Source: Bacteroidales bacterium (GTDB taxonomy: Bacteria; Bacteroidota; Bacteroidia; Bacteroidales; ML635J-15). From it: 64,000 nucleotides of DNA. Location: contig JAFZRE010000001.1 in NCBI GenBank assembly GCA_017620015.1, positions 35,968 through 99,967 on the forward strand, written 5' to 3'. Position numbers and translations under genes: made by a program. Positions 63,726-64,000 of this stretch are shown here, one piece after another. The stretch's first letter is position 1, and the number at the start of each line of letters is the position of its first letter. The notes beneath the pieces are model-generated. The model saw only the letters and a list, made by a program, of their open reading frames with translations. It had not been told where the DNA came from and made no database searches.

Positions 63726-64000
63726 ATGAAGAAGAACATCTTAACTTTAACAGCATTAACACTATTGATTATGGTAAGTTCGTGCAACAAGAAAACAGAG
63801 ACAGAAAACAAGCAGGACAATCCGCTTCTGCAGGAATGGACAACCGAATATGGCGTTCCGCCATTCGACAAAATCAAGACCGAGCATTACATCCCCGCAT
63901 TCGAGGAAGCAATGAAGGTAAACAAGGAAGAAATCGATGCAATTGTCAACAATCCAGATGCTCCAACCTTCGAGAATACAATAGAGGCTCTTGAAGAAAG
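63726..64000 (+). CDS. M3-family peptidyl-dipeptidase (Dcp-like) lipoprotein, N-terminal fragment (continues past the window)
   Basis: This ORF is absent from the supplied track because it has no stop. ATG 63726 gives MKKNILTLTALTLLIMVSSCNKK...NPLLQEWTTEYGVPPFDKIKTEHYIPAFEEAM...APTFENTIEALEE, typical of the Dcp N-terminus. Confidence 0.7.
   Translation, partial: MKKNILTLTALTLLIMVSSCNKKTETENKQDNPLLQEWTTEYGVPPFDKIKTEHYIPAFEEAMKVNKEEIDAIVNNPDAPTFENTIEALEE

Overview
This window looks like a chromosomal segment of a Bacteroidota (Bacteroidales-type) genome. The signs are a T9SS PorV homologue, a 1935-aa cargo protein with a T9SS C-terminal sorting domain, many lipoproteins with ...SC/GC lipoboxes, GH92 and GH57 glycan genes, and TAnnTTTG -7 promoter boxes. 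It is densely coding, with about 49 CDS. Most are housekeeping genes: gap, ilvE, rplY-pth, psd, ispF, dnaJ-grpE, priA, rlmH, miaA, a glycogen cluster, and an NTP-transferase/TPR/DUF4292-like/M23 envelope operon. Accessory content includes a ParE-like toxin-antitoxin pair, an AlbA_2-domain protein, a RhuM-family protein, an ECF sigma factor with a membrane partner, two OM-barrel plus lipoprotein pairs, and a giant FN3-rich adhesin. I found no rRNA, tRNA, CRISPR array, integrase, transposase or prophage, and no recognisable multi-gene defence system. The most unusual feature is non-coding. Nearly every longer intergenic spacer is built from a small shared set of degenerate short modules: period-8 word arrays (GTTTCTNN, GTTCAAAG, GGCTAACA/GACTGNNA), period-7/14 arrays (ATTATCC/ATTGTTA), ATGGCT-N2-3-GCCGTTT mini-hairpins, GTAG...CTAC REP-like palindromes, and a structured element of about 120-200 nt present in at least 2.5 copies. 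Several of these run into stop codons. All protein calls rest on motif recognition by eye from the supplied translations; no database search was possible.
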